DNA of 64,000 nt from Negaprion brevirostris (lineage: Eukaryota). The translations under genes and the position numbers were made by a program. This document shows positions 52,451-63,224 of the stretch, one piece after another. The notes beneath the pieces were generated by a model. The model saw nothing but the letters and a program-made list of their open reading frames with translations. It ran no database searches and was not told the DNA's origin. Numbering within the stretch: the stretch's first letter is position 1; each line of letters opens with the position of its first letter. The DNA is taken from assembly GCA_030324005.1 (NCBI GenBank), contig JARDVH010000167.1:15524821-15588820 (forward strand), read 5' to 3'.

Positions 52451-53839
52451 TTTTCCCTGACCATGTGGAATGAGAGAAATTCAATTATTTGCACTAAGTA
52501 CCTTGAAATAATTCTACTGCACTTTGAAGTGATTGTGGATTCCTGGTTATAGAATAAAGCAAAGCTTCTGTCCAGAGTTGAGCAACACTATCTTGGGTTA
52601 CTAGAGGTAAACCTTTCCAGCTCTGAAGTAGGAATGAAGCTTCACAAATACAAATGGAGCTGGGGAAGAAGTGAGGCGGACTAGTAGACTAGTTTTTTTA
52701 AAATTAGATTCTGCGCATTCAACTCCTCTGTTCTTCACTTGAGAAGTTGCTATTCAATCTTCAAAACCACTCTAAAATGTCTTGAAATTAGCTTTTACAT
52801 TACAAGATTTTTTAAAAATATAAGTTGTTGTCAGCAATACTTGGAACAGGAAGGCACAACTTGGTTTAACAGAACTGTTTGAAAGTCAGGTTGAATGTTC
52901 ATCTCTTTCTCTTCCACCTGATTTTCCCTTCCAGGCATTCTGTGAAAGACTTGCTGTGACCCTCCTTCCGTAATAACATTTTAAAAAATCATTGCCTCAA
53001 ATACAANNNNNNNNNNNNNNNNNNNNNNNNNNNNNNNNNNNNNNNCCACGTCTAGGCTAACATCATAGGAATAGCAGCCTTGATTCATCAAACTACATTC
53101 ACGAAGCAGTTTATTTCAATAATAATTTGAATCAGCAAATATTTGTTTTTTTTGTACATGATATCATTTTCCACGTGCTATTTGGAGTTGGTTCACGCAG
53201 CACGGGGAGAGCCATGGGCAATGCTCTCTGCTGCTACACCAATCTAGAAGAAATGTCCTTGAGCACAAATAAAATTATGGAAAAAAAATGCCGGATGGAT
53301 CTGTGAAAACCAGTTTCTGACGACAGCGCAGCTGCAATGTGTGGTGTGTCAGCCTGAGCTCTATGCTGCTGCAAGAAATAAATTCATGTCATGATATCTG
53401 AACGAGCATGATTGCTCTTTCAAAGAGCCAGCACGAATTTGTTCGAATGGCTGCCTTCTGTGTTGTATATTTCTGTGATTGTGCAATGGAAAAGGGTAGC
53501 GTTTATACGGCAAACCAGAGTCTTGGCTGACCATGCTGCTGCAGTTGGTGACCTCTAGTGGTGGAAATCCAGTAGATGTGGGATGTCAAAATGAGTCACC
53601 TTTCTTCTGCAAATTAAAAATGAAAAGAAAGTCCAGATGAGCATTTTCTTTAATTTCAGAATTCTCCTCTCTTGCAACGGAAAATGATAAAGCTTACTNN
53701 NNNNNNNNNNNNNNNNNNNNNNNNNNNNNNNNNNNNNNNNNNNNNNNNNNNNNNNNNNNNNNNNNNNNNNNNNNNNNNNNNNNNNNNNNNNNNNNNNNTA
53801 AAGCTTACTATCAGTTTAGTCTGTTTCCCACTGACACAC

Positions 53840-54060
53840 ACTTCCTTCAGTAGGTGGTGGACATAATGTTTTCACCCTGACTTCTCTGCAAACACAAATC
53901 TCAAAAACTAATGGATGGATTTCGGTAAAAGTTGGTACACAAGGTATGTCCCAAAGAACTGATTTGTTTTTTATGCAAAGATACAGGTCTGTATGTGGAA
54001 TGTTGTGAAGGATCTGTTAACATTGGGAGATAAGGCAAATTGAATTGTTTTTCAGCATGT
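53840..54060 (+). mobile_element. Possible non-autonomous Helentron-associated (HINE-like) element, decayed
   Basis: atgttttcaccc...atctcaaaaactaatggatggatttcggtaaaagttggtacac...ttaacattgggagataaggc resembles a recalled fish repeat (ttatgttttc...ataactcaaaaactactggacggatttc..tgaaacttgg...ttaacattgcgagatagggc). Confidence 0.4.
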
Positions 54061-54269
54061 TGTAGCTTATTTTAGTTTTGGGTTTTTTTTTACTAATTGT
54101 TTTAGAATGTTACAGATTGTAGGGCAATTTGCCACAGCTGTCAGAATGTGAGCGGAGTTTTCAGAGCAGGTTGTTGGATATGGATTGGCTGAAATCTCCT
54201 TTCCAAGATGGAAGTGGGTAAAGTGCTGTGAACATTGCAGACTAGTCTCCGTTGCTTTCACAGACCTCA

Positions 54270-55470
54270 GCAAGGCCTTGACTTGAGACTTTGCAAACTG
54301 TTGCAGAGAATAGGCTGCTGACCTGGACTCCTGTATATTATTTCTTCTTACCAAGAACACACAGTTTTGTCAGTTGCAATGGAGCATCATTGAAGGCTTT
54401 TTCAAGGCCAGCAGCAAAGGTAATGCAGTTGTGCATCTTGGTGCCAACTCTCTGGCAAAGTTTTCTCCAGACTGTTATTGTTCAGTTGGGCAACATAAAT
54501 GAGAATGTCTACCTGCATGCCAGAGCCAACAGCAAGCTGTTCAACTGGCAAGACTGTCTCCGGAGACCAAAGTATGTGATGCCCCGGTGGCTGATGCTCT
54601 TTTGCTGATGACACCGCACTGGCAGCTCATACTGAAGTTCACTTGTAGGCCACTTCTCCCAGGCCTGCAAGGAGTTTGGACTGACCATCAATTTTAGGAA
54701 GACCAAACTTATGGGCCAGGATGTAGAGATTTCACCCTGTAGTAACATTGTGTTGGTGACAGCTTCCAATACCTTGCTCAACAATTATCAGTACCCCGTC
54801 CCTTGAAACTGAAATCAGCGCAAGGATTGCCCAGGCCACTGGTCAAGGCTGGTATGGACCATAAGCAGGCTAGTGGGAAATTTGAAGCTGTATGCGCTAG
54901 GCAGGTGTTCTCAGCACCCTCCTTTACACTAGAGGGGCATGGACAATGAAAAGTGCCTGGACAGGTTCCACCTTCATTACCTGAGATGAATAATGGGCAT
55001 TGCTCAGCAAAACACAATGCCGAATATGGAAGTACACCAGTATGACAGGGCCCCCAGCACGTTTACCTTCTTGCCAGTGTTGCTGGCTGTGTCATGTAAT
55101 CTGAATTGATGACAGCTCATCTCAAAGACATACTCGGTGTTGAGCTTTCTGTTGGCACAAGAACAACAGGTTGCCCATGCCTGTGATGTAAGAATGTCTA
55201 CAAGCATGACTCCAAGTTGATTGGAATTGGTGTTTGTGAAGCCCTTGCTGCTGACTGGTGTGCCTGGAGTCAAGTTGGAACAGTGTGGAAAACAAAGAAA
55301 TGACCAGGTGACACACACCTGCTGGAAAAAGAAAATCACAGTCGCTCTTGGGCCAACTCTGTTCAGGTGTTCCAGCTGTGGAAGGGACTGTTGGAGCAAA
55401 CCATACTCAATACAGAAGTGACAGAGACCCTGGGCACAGTCCGTCACTTCACAAGATGGGCAGATACCAT
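54270..55470 (+). mobile_element. RTE-clade (BovB/RTE-1-like) LINE, decayed
   Basis: Peptides YLHARANSKLFN, FADDTALAAHTE, FSQACKEFGLTINFRKTKLMGQD and a C-terminal zinc finger FRCSSCGRDCWS. Confidence 0.8.
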
Positions 55471-55536
55471 CAGCGTTTGGCTGTGCTGATGAGCTCCTGA
55501 CCTTGTATTCTCACCACATCTCTTTCCATCTCTAAC

Positions 55537-55914
55537 GGGGTGGCACAGTGGGGAAGTACAGTGCTGCCTCACAGTGTCAGGGACCCGGGTTTGATCCCCA
55601 GCTCAGCTTACTGTCTGTGTGGAGTTTTTAGAATTAGAATTCCTACAGCACAGAAAGAGGCCATTTGGCTCATCGAGTCTGCACCAACTACAAACCCACC
55701 CAGGCCCCAACCCCATATCCTTACATATTTACCCACTAATCCCTCTAACCTATGCATTTCAGGACACAAAGGGCAATTTTAATATGGCCAATCAACCTAA
55801 CCTGCACGTCTTTGAACTGTGCGAGGAAACCGGAGCACCCGGAGGAAACCCATGCAGACACAAGGAGAATGTGCAAACTCCACACAGACTGCACCTTCTC
55901 CCCATGTCTGCGTG
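55537..55914. mobile_element. Nested V-SINEs: plus-strand copy interrupted by a minus-strand copy (55628-55889)
   Basis: The outer head runs to ctgtgtggagttt and resumes as tgcaccttctccccatgtctgcgtg at 55890. The inner copy has a reverse tail and V-core. Confidence 0.85.
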
Positions 55915-55924
55915 ACTTTTCCAT

Positions 55925-56054
55925 GGGCGCTCCGAGAATCATCCCGGGAATGAAAGGCTTGACGTATGAGGAGTGTCTGAGGACTCTGGGTCTGTACTCG
56001 TTGGAGTTTAGAAGGATGAGGGGGGGATCTTATTGAAACTTACAGGATACTGCG
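55925..56054 (+). mobile_element. CR1 3' fragment running into a gap
   Basis: RIIPGMKGLTYEECLRTLGLYSLEFRRMRG(DLIETYRIL). Confidence 0.85.
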
Positions 56055-57291
56055 NNNNNNNNNNNNNNNNNNNNNNNNNNNNNNNNNNNNNNNNNNNNNN
56101 NNNNNNNNNNNNNNNNNNNNNNNNNNNNNNNNNNNNNNNNNNNNNNNNNNNNNNAAATGACATGAGTTAACTAAGTTGTCGCAAGGCTCGTTCTTTTAAT
56201 TTTCAAAATATGATTCTCAAAATTTTGACTGAATGGAGATTTAGCAAATTGAAATGAGCCAGAACTACTTAAAAATGCAAACGCACCTTGAAGATGAAGG
56301 TGAAAAGGCAAACAGTATACCCTCTAGAGTGCGAAGTGGGAGACATTTCCTATAGTTTAAAGACCCATCAAAACTCTAAACTGTTGGAGGATGAGATAAT
56401 AAAATCTAAAGTGATGGATGTTGAAACAATGGTGCCACAGACAGACCCACCCAAAACCCCTCAGCAGTGCACAATGGGTGAAGTGTAACCAGCCAGGCTG
56501 CAGCCATTAAGAGAGCTTGCAACGTAAACTTCAGTGAAAGAAATGAGCTGAAAGCACCTCTCTCTATCTCTCCCTGTCCCTGTGTCTTGGAACATTTGTA
56601 CAACCTGATTTGGGAGCAATCCAACCTCCCAGAAATCTACCAGTGAACTAAAATCTTGGGATTGATGCCTGGGAAGCCCTTGCTGCCGTCGAGAGTGCTT
56701 GGAGTCAAGTTAGAAGTTGGATAAACTTTTTGTTGTGATGAACTGAGGAGGCTGAATTGAGGGGAGCTAGTTCACCCCTTGCTCGGCCATAAAGTTGTGC
56801 AGGCATCATCACATTGATTCTCTCCATATGCAATGTGTCTTTGCACGTAAGATACTTTTGTTTCATTCCTATTTTTGAAACCACGACCACACGGGAAATG
56901 GATGGCTTTTCAGAGGGAGAACAACTATTGTACAGAAGAATAAAAGAAGATAAAGTGAAAGATGTTAGGGGGACCAAAGCTGTAGATGGGTGGGACTAAA
57001 TGTTGAGCTTGCAATTACCATGCATTAAATTTGTTACAATACTTATGAGTATACTTNNNNNNNNNNNNNNNNNNNNNNNNNNNNNNNNNNNNNNNNNNNN
57101 NNNNNNNNNNNNNNNNNNNNNNNNNNNNNNNNNNNNNNNNNNNNNNNNNNNNNNNNNNNNNNNNNNNNNNNNNNNNNNNNNNNNNNNNNNNNNNNNNNNN
57201 NNNNNNNNNNNNNNNNNNNNNNNNNNNNNNNNNNNNNNNNNNNNNNNNNNNNNNNNNNNNNNNNNNNNNNNNNNNNNNNNNNNNNNNNNNN

Positions 57292-57670
57292 AACAGGTTT
57301 ATTTGGTAGCACAAGCCATGAGCTTTCGGAGCACTGCCCTTTCATTGGGTGGATTTCAGTTCAGAAGCAGGGCGTATAAAAATACAAACTCAATTTACAA
57401 AATAATGGTTGGAATGCGGGTCTTTACAGATAATTAAGTCTTCAAGGTACAAACAATGTGAGTGGAGAGGGCGTTAAGCACAGGTTAAAGAGTTGTGTAT
57501 TGTCTCTAGACAGGAGAGTTAGCAAGGCAAGCCTGGGCTTGCAAAATAAAATCTCACTCACCTGATGAAGGGGCAACACTCCAAAAGCTAGTGGCCTGTG
57601 CTACCAAATAAATGATGTTGTGAGTCTTCTGACTTTGTTTACCTCAGTCCAATGCCGGCATCTCCACATC
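57292..57670. mobile_element. Penelope-derived non-autonomous element with inverted terminal segments carrying hammerhead-ribozyme-like motifs
   Basis: 57298-57351 is an imperfect reverse complement of 57559-57612. The right arm reads cacCTGATGAaggggcaacactccAAAAgctagtg. Confidence 0.7.
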
Positions 57671-57769
57671 GTGAGTATACTTAGGTCAGAAAGTAAACTT
57701 TGCAGGGAATGCAACCTGTGCTATGTAATGAGGAGAATAGTAACATGATCTTTGAGTTAAAATATCAAC

Positions 57770-58040
57770 TTGGCTCAGTGGTAGCAGTATAATCGCCAAG
57801 TCAGAAGGTTGTAGGTTCAAATCCCACTTCAGAAATTGGAACATAAAAGCTTGGCTGGCACTCCACCACAGTGCTGTTATGGTTGAGGCTTTTAACTGGG
57901 TTCCTGTGACTGTACTGGGTGTATATATAAGATTCCATTTCAAAGATGAACATGTGAATTCTCTTTGTGTTCTGGCCAACATTTAACCCCACCAGGTTTT
58001 TCCATAATTTCTATTTTGCAGGGACACAGCTGTGTATTAT
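57770..58040 (+). mobile_element. tRNA-headed DeuSINE-like SINE
   Basis: A-box tggctcagtggtagca and B-box ggttcaaatccc, followed by a Deu-like core (...tctggccaacatttaacccc). Confidence 0.6.
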
Positions 58041-59139
58041 ACAGGGACGGTAGAGGCTTACGGCAGCAAGAAGCAGGAAAGCTGTTCAAGGAGAGCTGAT
58101 AATGTCAGAGGCTGATTTGAACCTCTGACATATTGTGGGATGTAGCAAGTGCTGTCTGTCAGTAGAAAGGCAATATGGAGGAGTGCACTGCTGTCTGGTT
58201 TGTGATGGTGCATATTACTGTCAAGATGTTCTCACCAGTGTTGGCATTTCTGGAAGCCTCCCTTCTAGAATTGTGTGTTTATTATTTGTCTTTCAAAGCC
58301 CAGTAACAGTACAGATGCCTTTGCTGTAATCTTGGGAGTTCTTAATCCACTTGCAGATTGATGGATGATAACGTGATGATCAAGAAGGAGGCAGATGATT
58401 AAATCCTGAGAACTCTAATGACTGAGACGGAGATGGATGTGTTGGAAAACCCTTCCTTCTTTGACTGAACTGCCCTCCATTGCATAAACTTGCTTTGAAG
58501 AACACAGGTTGGGTTGACAGTCAACATTGAAGTCTGCAGAGCTACTATCAAAATGTTTACTATTTCATGTGTAGCAGACAGCCACTATGACATGGCCCTT
58601 GCTTCAGACCCAGAGTTCATAAAGGATAACTGTCTGTTTTCACTGTTCTGCTGTTTCAGAACTGATGTGTGTCTTGATATGATTATCGGGTTGACAGTTT
58701 GTTCATATCTTAAATTTTGATCTTTTAGTTACAATTTTTGAATTATAATGATGAGACTTCAAAAATGAATAGCAGTGAGCAAGTGAAAAAGACACCTAAT
58801 AAAGAAACCTTTTATTTGATCGTTGACTGCAGTATTATTTTTGAGATTGATCTTCTGGGTTCATGCCTTGACTTGGTTTAAGATGTAAAACTGTTAATCT
58901 TGAGTGGCAGTTTGTCTGCCTTGCTTGGCGAACTATCCAGATTGATTGTATGCCAACTGCCACACAAAACTGGGGTGTCCCCAGGACTCTTATGCAAACT
59001 ATACTTAGGCTTGAGTTGTTAAGTTAGTTGATGATATTTATCTCTTCATCAGGCCGGTGTTCCATTTGGCATCTGTGTAAGTGCTGAATCGCAGCAAAGC
59101 AGCTCTTGAAAATAAACTTTTGCTTCCTTATGTCAACAG

Positions 59140-59248
59140 CCCCGTGCGGAGCCAATTCCAATCTGTGGGTTTTGTCTGGGTACAAAAGAGCAGAATCGCG
59201 AGAAGAAACGTGAGGAATTAATTTCGTGTGCAGACTGTGGTAATAGTG
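59140..59248 (+). CDS. KAT6A: Internal coding exon of histone acetyltransferase KAT6A (MOZ/MYST3), N-terminal half of PHD1 of the double PHD finger
   Basis: Acceptor ttttgcttccttatgtcaacAG and donor G|GTAAGT. The 109 nt (phase 0 start, phase 1 end) translate as [36 protein letters not shown](G). Recalled human KAT6A is [37 protein letters not shown] and KAT6B is [37 protein letters not shown]. Four diagnostic positions (AE, EQN, LIS, GNS) favour KAT6A and one (PR) favours KAT6B. Confidence 0.9.
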
Positions 59249-59593
59249 GTAAGTACTTCTCTCAACATTTAAATCATTTGGTTGAATTTTCATAGAGCAA
59301 GTTCAAGTTGTTAGTTGAATGTTTTTTTGAGGCTCCACAGACTCTCTGTGGAAGGACACGTCAAGTCTTGTGCAATAATAGTCTGCTTTATATGGATTAT
59401 GAAGATTGAGGTGTGTGTGATTTGAATGAGCAACAAATTCACTGGTTTCTGTTGGTGCCAGGAGTCCATAACAGATAGAATAAGTGATCTAGTCTGCTAC
59501 TTGGATAAGGGCAACTAATGTTTCAAAACTAAAGGCCAGCAAAATAAAGTATATTTTTAAAATGTTTACTCGTGACTACTAATATTTAGTTAA

Positions 59594-59948
59594 GGGAGGC
59601 TTGGTAGCATAGTGGTTAGCACTGCTATGTTACAGCGCCAGGGACCCGGGTTCAGTTCCAGCCTTGGTTGACTGTCTGTGGAGTCTGCATATTTTCCCTG
59701 TGTCTGTGTGGGTTTCCTCCGGGTGCTCCGGTTTCCTCCCACGGTCCAAAGATGTGCTGGTTTGGTTGATTGGCCATGCTAAACTGCCCCTTGTGTTGTA
59801 GGAGGTGTGGGTCGGGGGAATTGGCAGGATAAATATTTGGGGTTATGGGCATAGGGTCTGAGTAAGATGCTCTGTCAGCGGGTCGATGCAGACTCGATGG
59901 GCCGAGTGGCAGGTAGCCTCTTGCACTGTCGGGATTTATTCTGTGATT
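59594..59948 (+). mobile_element. V-SINE/HE1-type SINE, full length
   Basis: Head tggtagcatagtggttagcactgct...gggacccgggttcagttcc, V-core gggtttcctccgggtgctccggtttcctcccac and CR1-type tail. Confidence 0.9.
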
Positions 59949-60264
59949 CGACGCAAAGAGTTTTGAAACCAAGTTCGTCGGTGTGACTTTTGGCATGCTT
60001 TGTTTACAACTATTTACGTNNNNNNNNNNNNNNNNNNNNNNNNNNNNNNNNNNNNNNNNNNNNNNNNNNNNNNNNNNNNNNNNNNNNNNNNNNNNNNNNN
60101 NNNNNNNNNNNNNNNNNNNTTGAAACCAAGTTCGTCGGTGTGACTTTTGGCATGCTTTGTTTACAACTATTTACGTGAAAATTGTATTTTTCTTCGAATG
60201 CCCCTCATTCTCTCTGGCCCCATCTTTATCTCGTTGCAATATTTAAAAATTCATTTGAGACAAG

Positions 60265-60555
60265 GGTGTTGATGGCCAACAATTTCCCTCCTAGTTGCCA
60301 TTGGAGGGAAGTTGAGAGGCAACCACATGGCTATGGCTCTGGAGGCACATATGGGCTAGACGAGGTAAGGATGGCAGATTTCCCTCCCTAAAGGACATTA
60401 GTGAACCAGAGGGGTTTTTCCAACAATGGTTTCATGGTCATCAGTAGATTCTTAATTCCAGATTTTTTGTCAACTGAATTCAAATTCCACCATCTGCTAT
60501 GGCGGATTCAAACCCAGGTCGCCAGAACATTTGCTGCGTTTCTGGATTAATCTTC
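60265..60555 (-). mobile_element. tRNA-headed SINE-like element sharing its head with 63225-63435 and its tail with the CR1/L2-group LINE
   Basis: Reverse B-box (ggattcaaaccc), then taaaggacattagtgaaccaga, and tail ccctcctagttgcc. Confidence 0.65.
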
Positions 60556-60584
60556 CCATTTAATCCACTTGTCACTTGCAATTA

Positions 60585-60840
60585 TTTCCTGACTCTTTGT
60601 ATCTCACCTTCCCTTTCCCTTGTTCATTTCTCCTTCCTTTTCTCATTTCTGTTTGCTCGTTTCCCCTTTCCGATTACCCTTCTCCCTTCATCATTCCCTC
60701 TCCAACTTTTGACATTTCGTCTTTGTTCCCTTTCTTTTTTCTGTCTTGTTTTCCTCGTACTGCGCCTCCATTTCTAACTTATTCCTTCACTGTAATTCAT
60801 AACTTCAAGCTAGCCTTGTTCTTTTACTTGCCTTCAAATT
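60585..60840. repeat. Pyrimidine-rich low-complexity tract
   Basis: Strong C/T bias visible directly. Confidence 0.75.
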
Positions 60841-61149
60841 ATAATCCCCTGTGACAGAAATGGTGGTTCAGAGAGCTAAAGCAACATTGAAACTTCTCTC
60901 CCTGAGTATTGATTTAATTGCAATCAAGCCATTTATATGTATTTTTGCAGATTTGTTCTTGATAAGGTTAAAATTTTTGGGCAATAGAAGTCCTGATTCC
61001 TGGATCAGTGTTTGGAATTGGTTGAGAGAAGGGAATGGCCATTGCGAACAAAAGCAGAATGGGCAGAACATTGTGATGATGGGCAGGAGAGTGGATCAAG
61101 TGGTGACCAGTGATTCACACAAAATGCACACAAGAATTCGGAGCAGGGG

Positions 61150-62000
61150 GTAATGTGTCTAATTCAGCCTTAAGTGTATTCAATGATACAGTCTTACTGA
61201 CCTCTGAGGAAGAGCATTCAACAGACGAACCGACCCTGTGAGAGTAAATATTTCTCCTTGTCTTCACCTCGAGAGGGAGACCCCTTCTTTTTAAACTGTG
61301 TCTCCTTGTTGGAATCTCTGTCACCAATGGCAATAACTGCTTACCATCCACCCTGTCAATTTCCCCCAGGTTCTTGTCTGTTTCAATAAAATAACAGCTC
61401 ATTTTTCTTAACTCCAGTAGGTGCAGACCCAACTATTTCAAAGTTGTCTTAAAGATAACCCCTTTATCCCAGAAATCAGTCAAGTGTGCCTCCTCTGAGC
61501 TGCTTCAAATGCAGCTGTATCCTCGTACTCTAGGTATGATCTCACCCACACTCTGTACACCTAAAATAAAATGTTTTCACTTTTATCAAAAGAGAAAATA
61601 CTGGACAATTTCAGCAGGTCTGGCAGCATCTGTGAGGAGATGCTGTTTACAGGTGCTGTCAGACCTGCTGAGATTTTCCAGCATTTTCTCTTCCGGCTTC
61701 AGGTTCCAGCATCTGCAGTAATTTGCTTTTATTTCTTATTTTTATATTCAACTCTCCGAGTGATAACATGCTGTTTGCCGTCCTGGTAACTTGCTGTACC
61801 TGCACACTAACCTTTCGTGATTCACGTGCCACAGAATTCTGCAATCTCTCTCCATTTAAACAGTATAATGCTTTCTGATTGATGCTGTCAGTTTTACAAG
61901 TCCACGTTTTCCCACATTNNNNNNNNNNNNNNNNNNNTTTGGCCCACTCAGTTAACCTGTCCGTATACATTCACAGACTCCATATGTCCTCTTCGCAAGC
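61150..62000 (-). mobile_element. CR1 3' half, decayed, interrupted by a Penelope-derived hairpin
   Basis: Reverse peptides GLHLLELRKM..FIET.K.L..IDRVD...LLPL..E..TRRHSLK, YCLNGERLQ and DRLTEWAK. Confidence 0.8.
61591..61735. mobile_element. Penelope-terminus-derived inverted-repeat (MITE-like) element
   Basis: agagaaaatactggacaatttcagcaggtctggcagcatctgt pairs with acaggtgctgtcagacctgctgagattttccagcattttctct. The motif matches the PLE end at ~17465-17500. Confidence 0.7.
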
Positions 62001-63224
62001 CTACAGATCTTGTGTGACGGGTGGTAATGTTTCAGGTCCTATCTGTCTAACAGGGTTTGAATCAAAGAGAATATTTGACTGGACATAGAATGGTGCCACG
62101 TGTTTGTGTCTTGGCTGTGGTTGTGGAAGCTGGGTTTCCATTTGAAGATAGGTTAACTGCCCTGCCCTGCCACCCCCACCCACCACCGCCACCACTGAGT
62201 GACCGCTATGTTACGAGTTGTGATGTAGGATCTGGCCCGATTCTTCAGGCTGGGATAGGATAAATTGAAACTGGCAAAGGGTGAGCAGGACAGGAGGGCT
62301 TGACTGACAGCATGGCTGCCATAACTGCGACAGTGAGGCAGCTTGAGTAGCAAACTATAATGCGCTCGAGCAGGAAAGTTCAAACAGATATGTCCAGCTG
62401 TGGGGAGCTGGTGGGGGGAATTGCAGGCCCCAGAACTGATGGGGATCCCTTGAAGGAATCTTCAACTGAATTTAAATTAAAGGAGGTGAAATGTTTACCT
62501 GGCAATGTGGAGCTGTGGTTGGAGCAGAGCTTGGCATTTGGAACATTGGGTGCCTGCAAAACAATTAATAATAGTTCAACTGAAAAGCACTTTGGTGTAT
62601 TAAACCAGGGGTGGGTGCTGTAGTTCTAAACTTGTTCTTTCTGTTTGAACATTTAAAAGTCATAGCACAGATAAGGAGGCAAATAGGAAGTGCATGATAG
62701 ATGCAGGATACACATAATTTATTTGCTGGGTCTCTGTATACAAGGAAGACTGCTGTTTCGTTCAGCTTGATTGGGTCCTTTGTTAGATTGTGTGACTTAA
62801 ATTGAAGCTATAAAAACATTCTGAGAACCTACTTCAGTCGCAGGGGATTTGCGTGCAGCTCTGGAGATGCAAGTTATCTGTAACTTTCATAACTCTATGT
62901 TTCTTTCAAGCCAGCAGAGCTTGCATCACAGGTCTTTTTTGTTTGCCTATGAAACATTTTATTCTGCTTCAACCTTGTTGAATGAAACAGCTCTAATTCA
63001 AGAGAAGATGTCAGTTTATGTTGCTCCCTCATGATTAACCCGAGATGAATGCAGCAACGTATTCCTGTTGTTGGAAATCACAGGCTGGAATGTTGGAACA
63101 TTTTATTTGTTGATTAATACTTTTGCCTTCTACTCTTGAACAGATTCCAAGTAAAGTAACTCTTCAAAGAGATCCTTTTTGAGAAATATCATGGTTTTAG
63201 TCCACCATTGTATGATTGGAGTGG

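Noticed and set aside
56288-56700. Peptide vaguely like a Harbinger Myb/SANT protein
   Set aside because: The conserved Trp pattern is absent and no transposase or TIRs are seen.
58102-58131. 10-bp stem hairpin atgtcagagg...cctctgacat
   Set aside because: It is short enough to occur by chance in 64 kb and has no supporting context.
59961-60177. 58-bp exact direct repeat on both sides of a 100-N gap
   Set aside because: Identical sequence abutting a standard-size gap is most likely an unmerged contig overlap.
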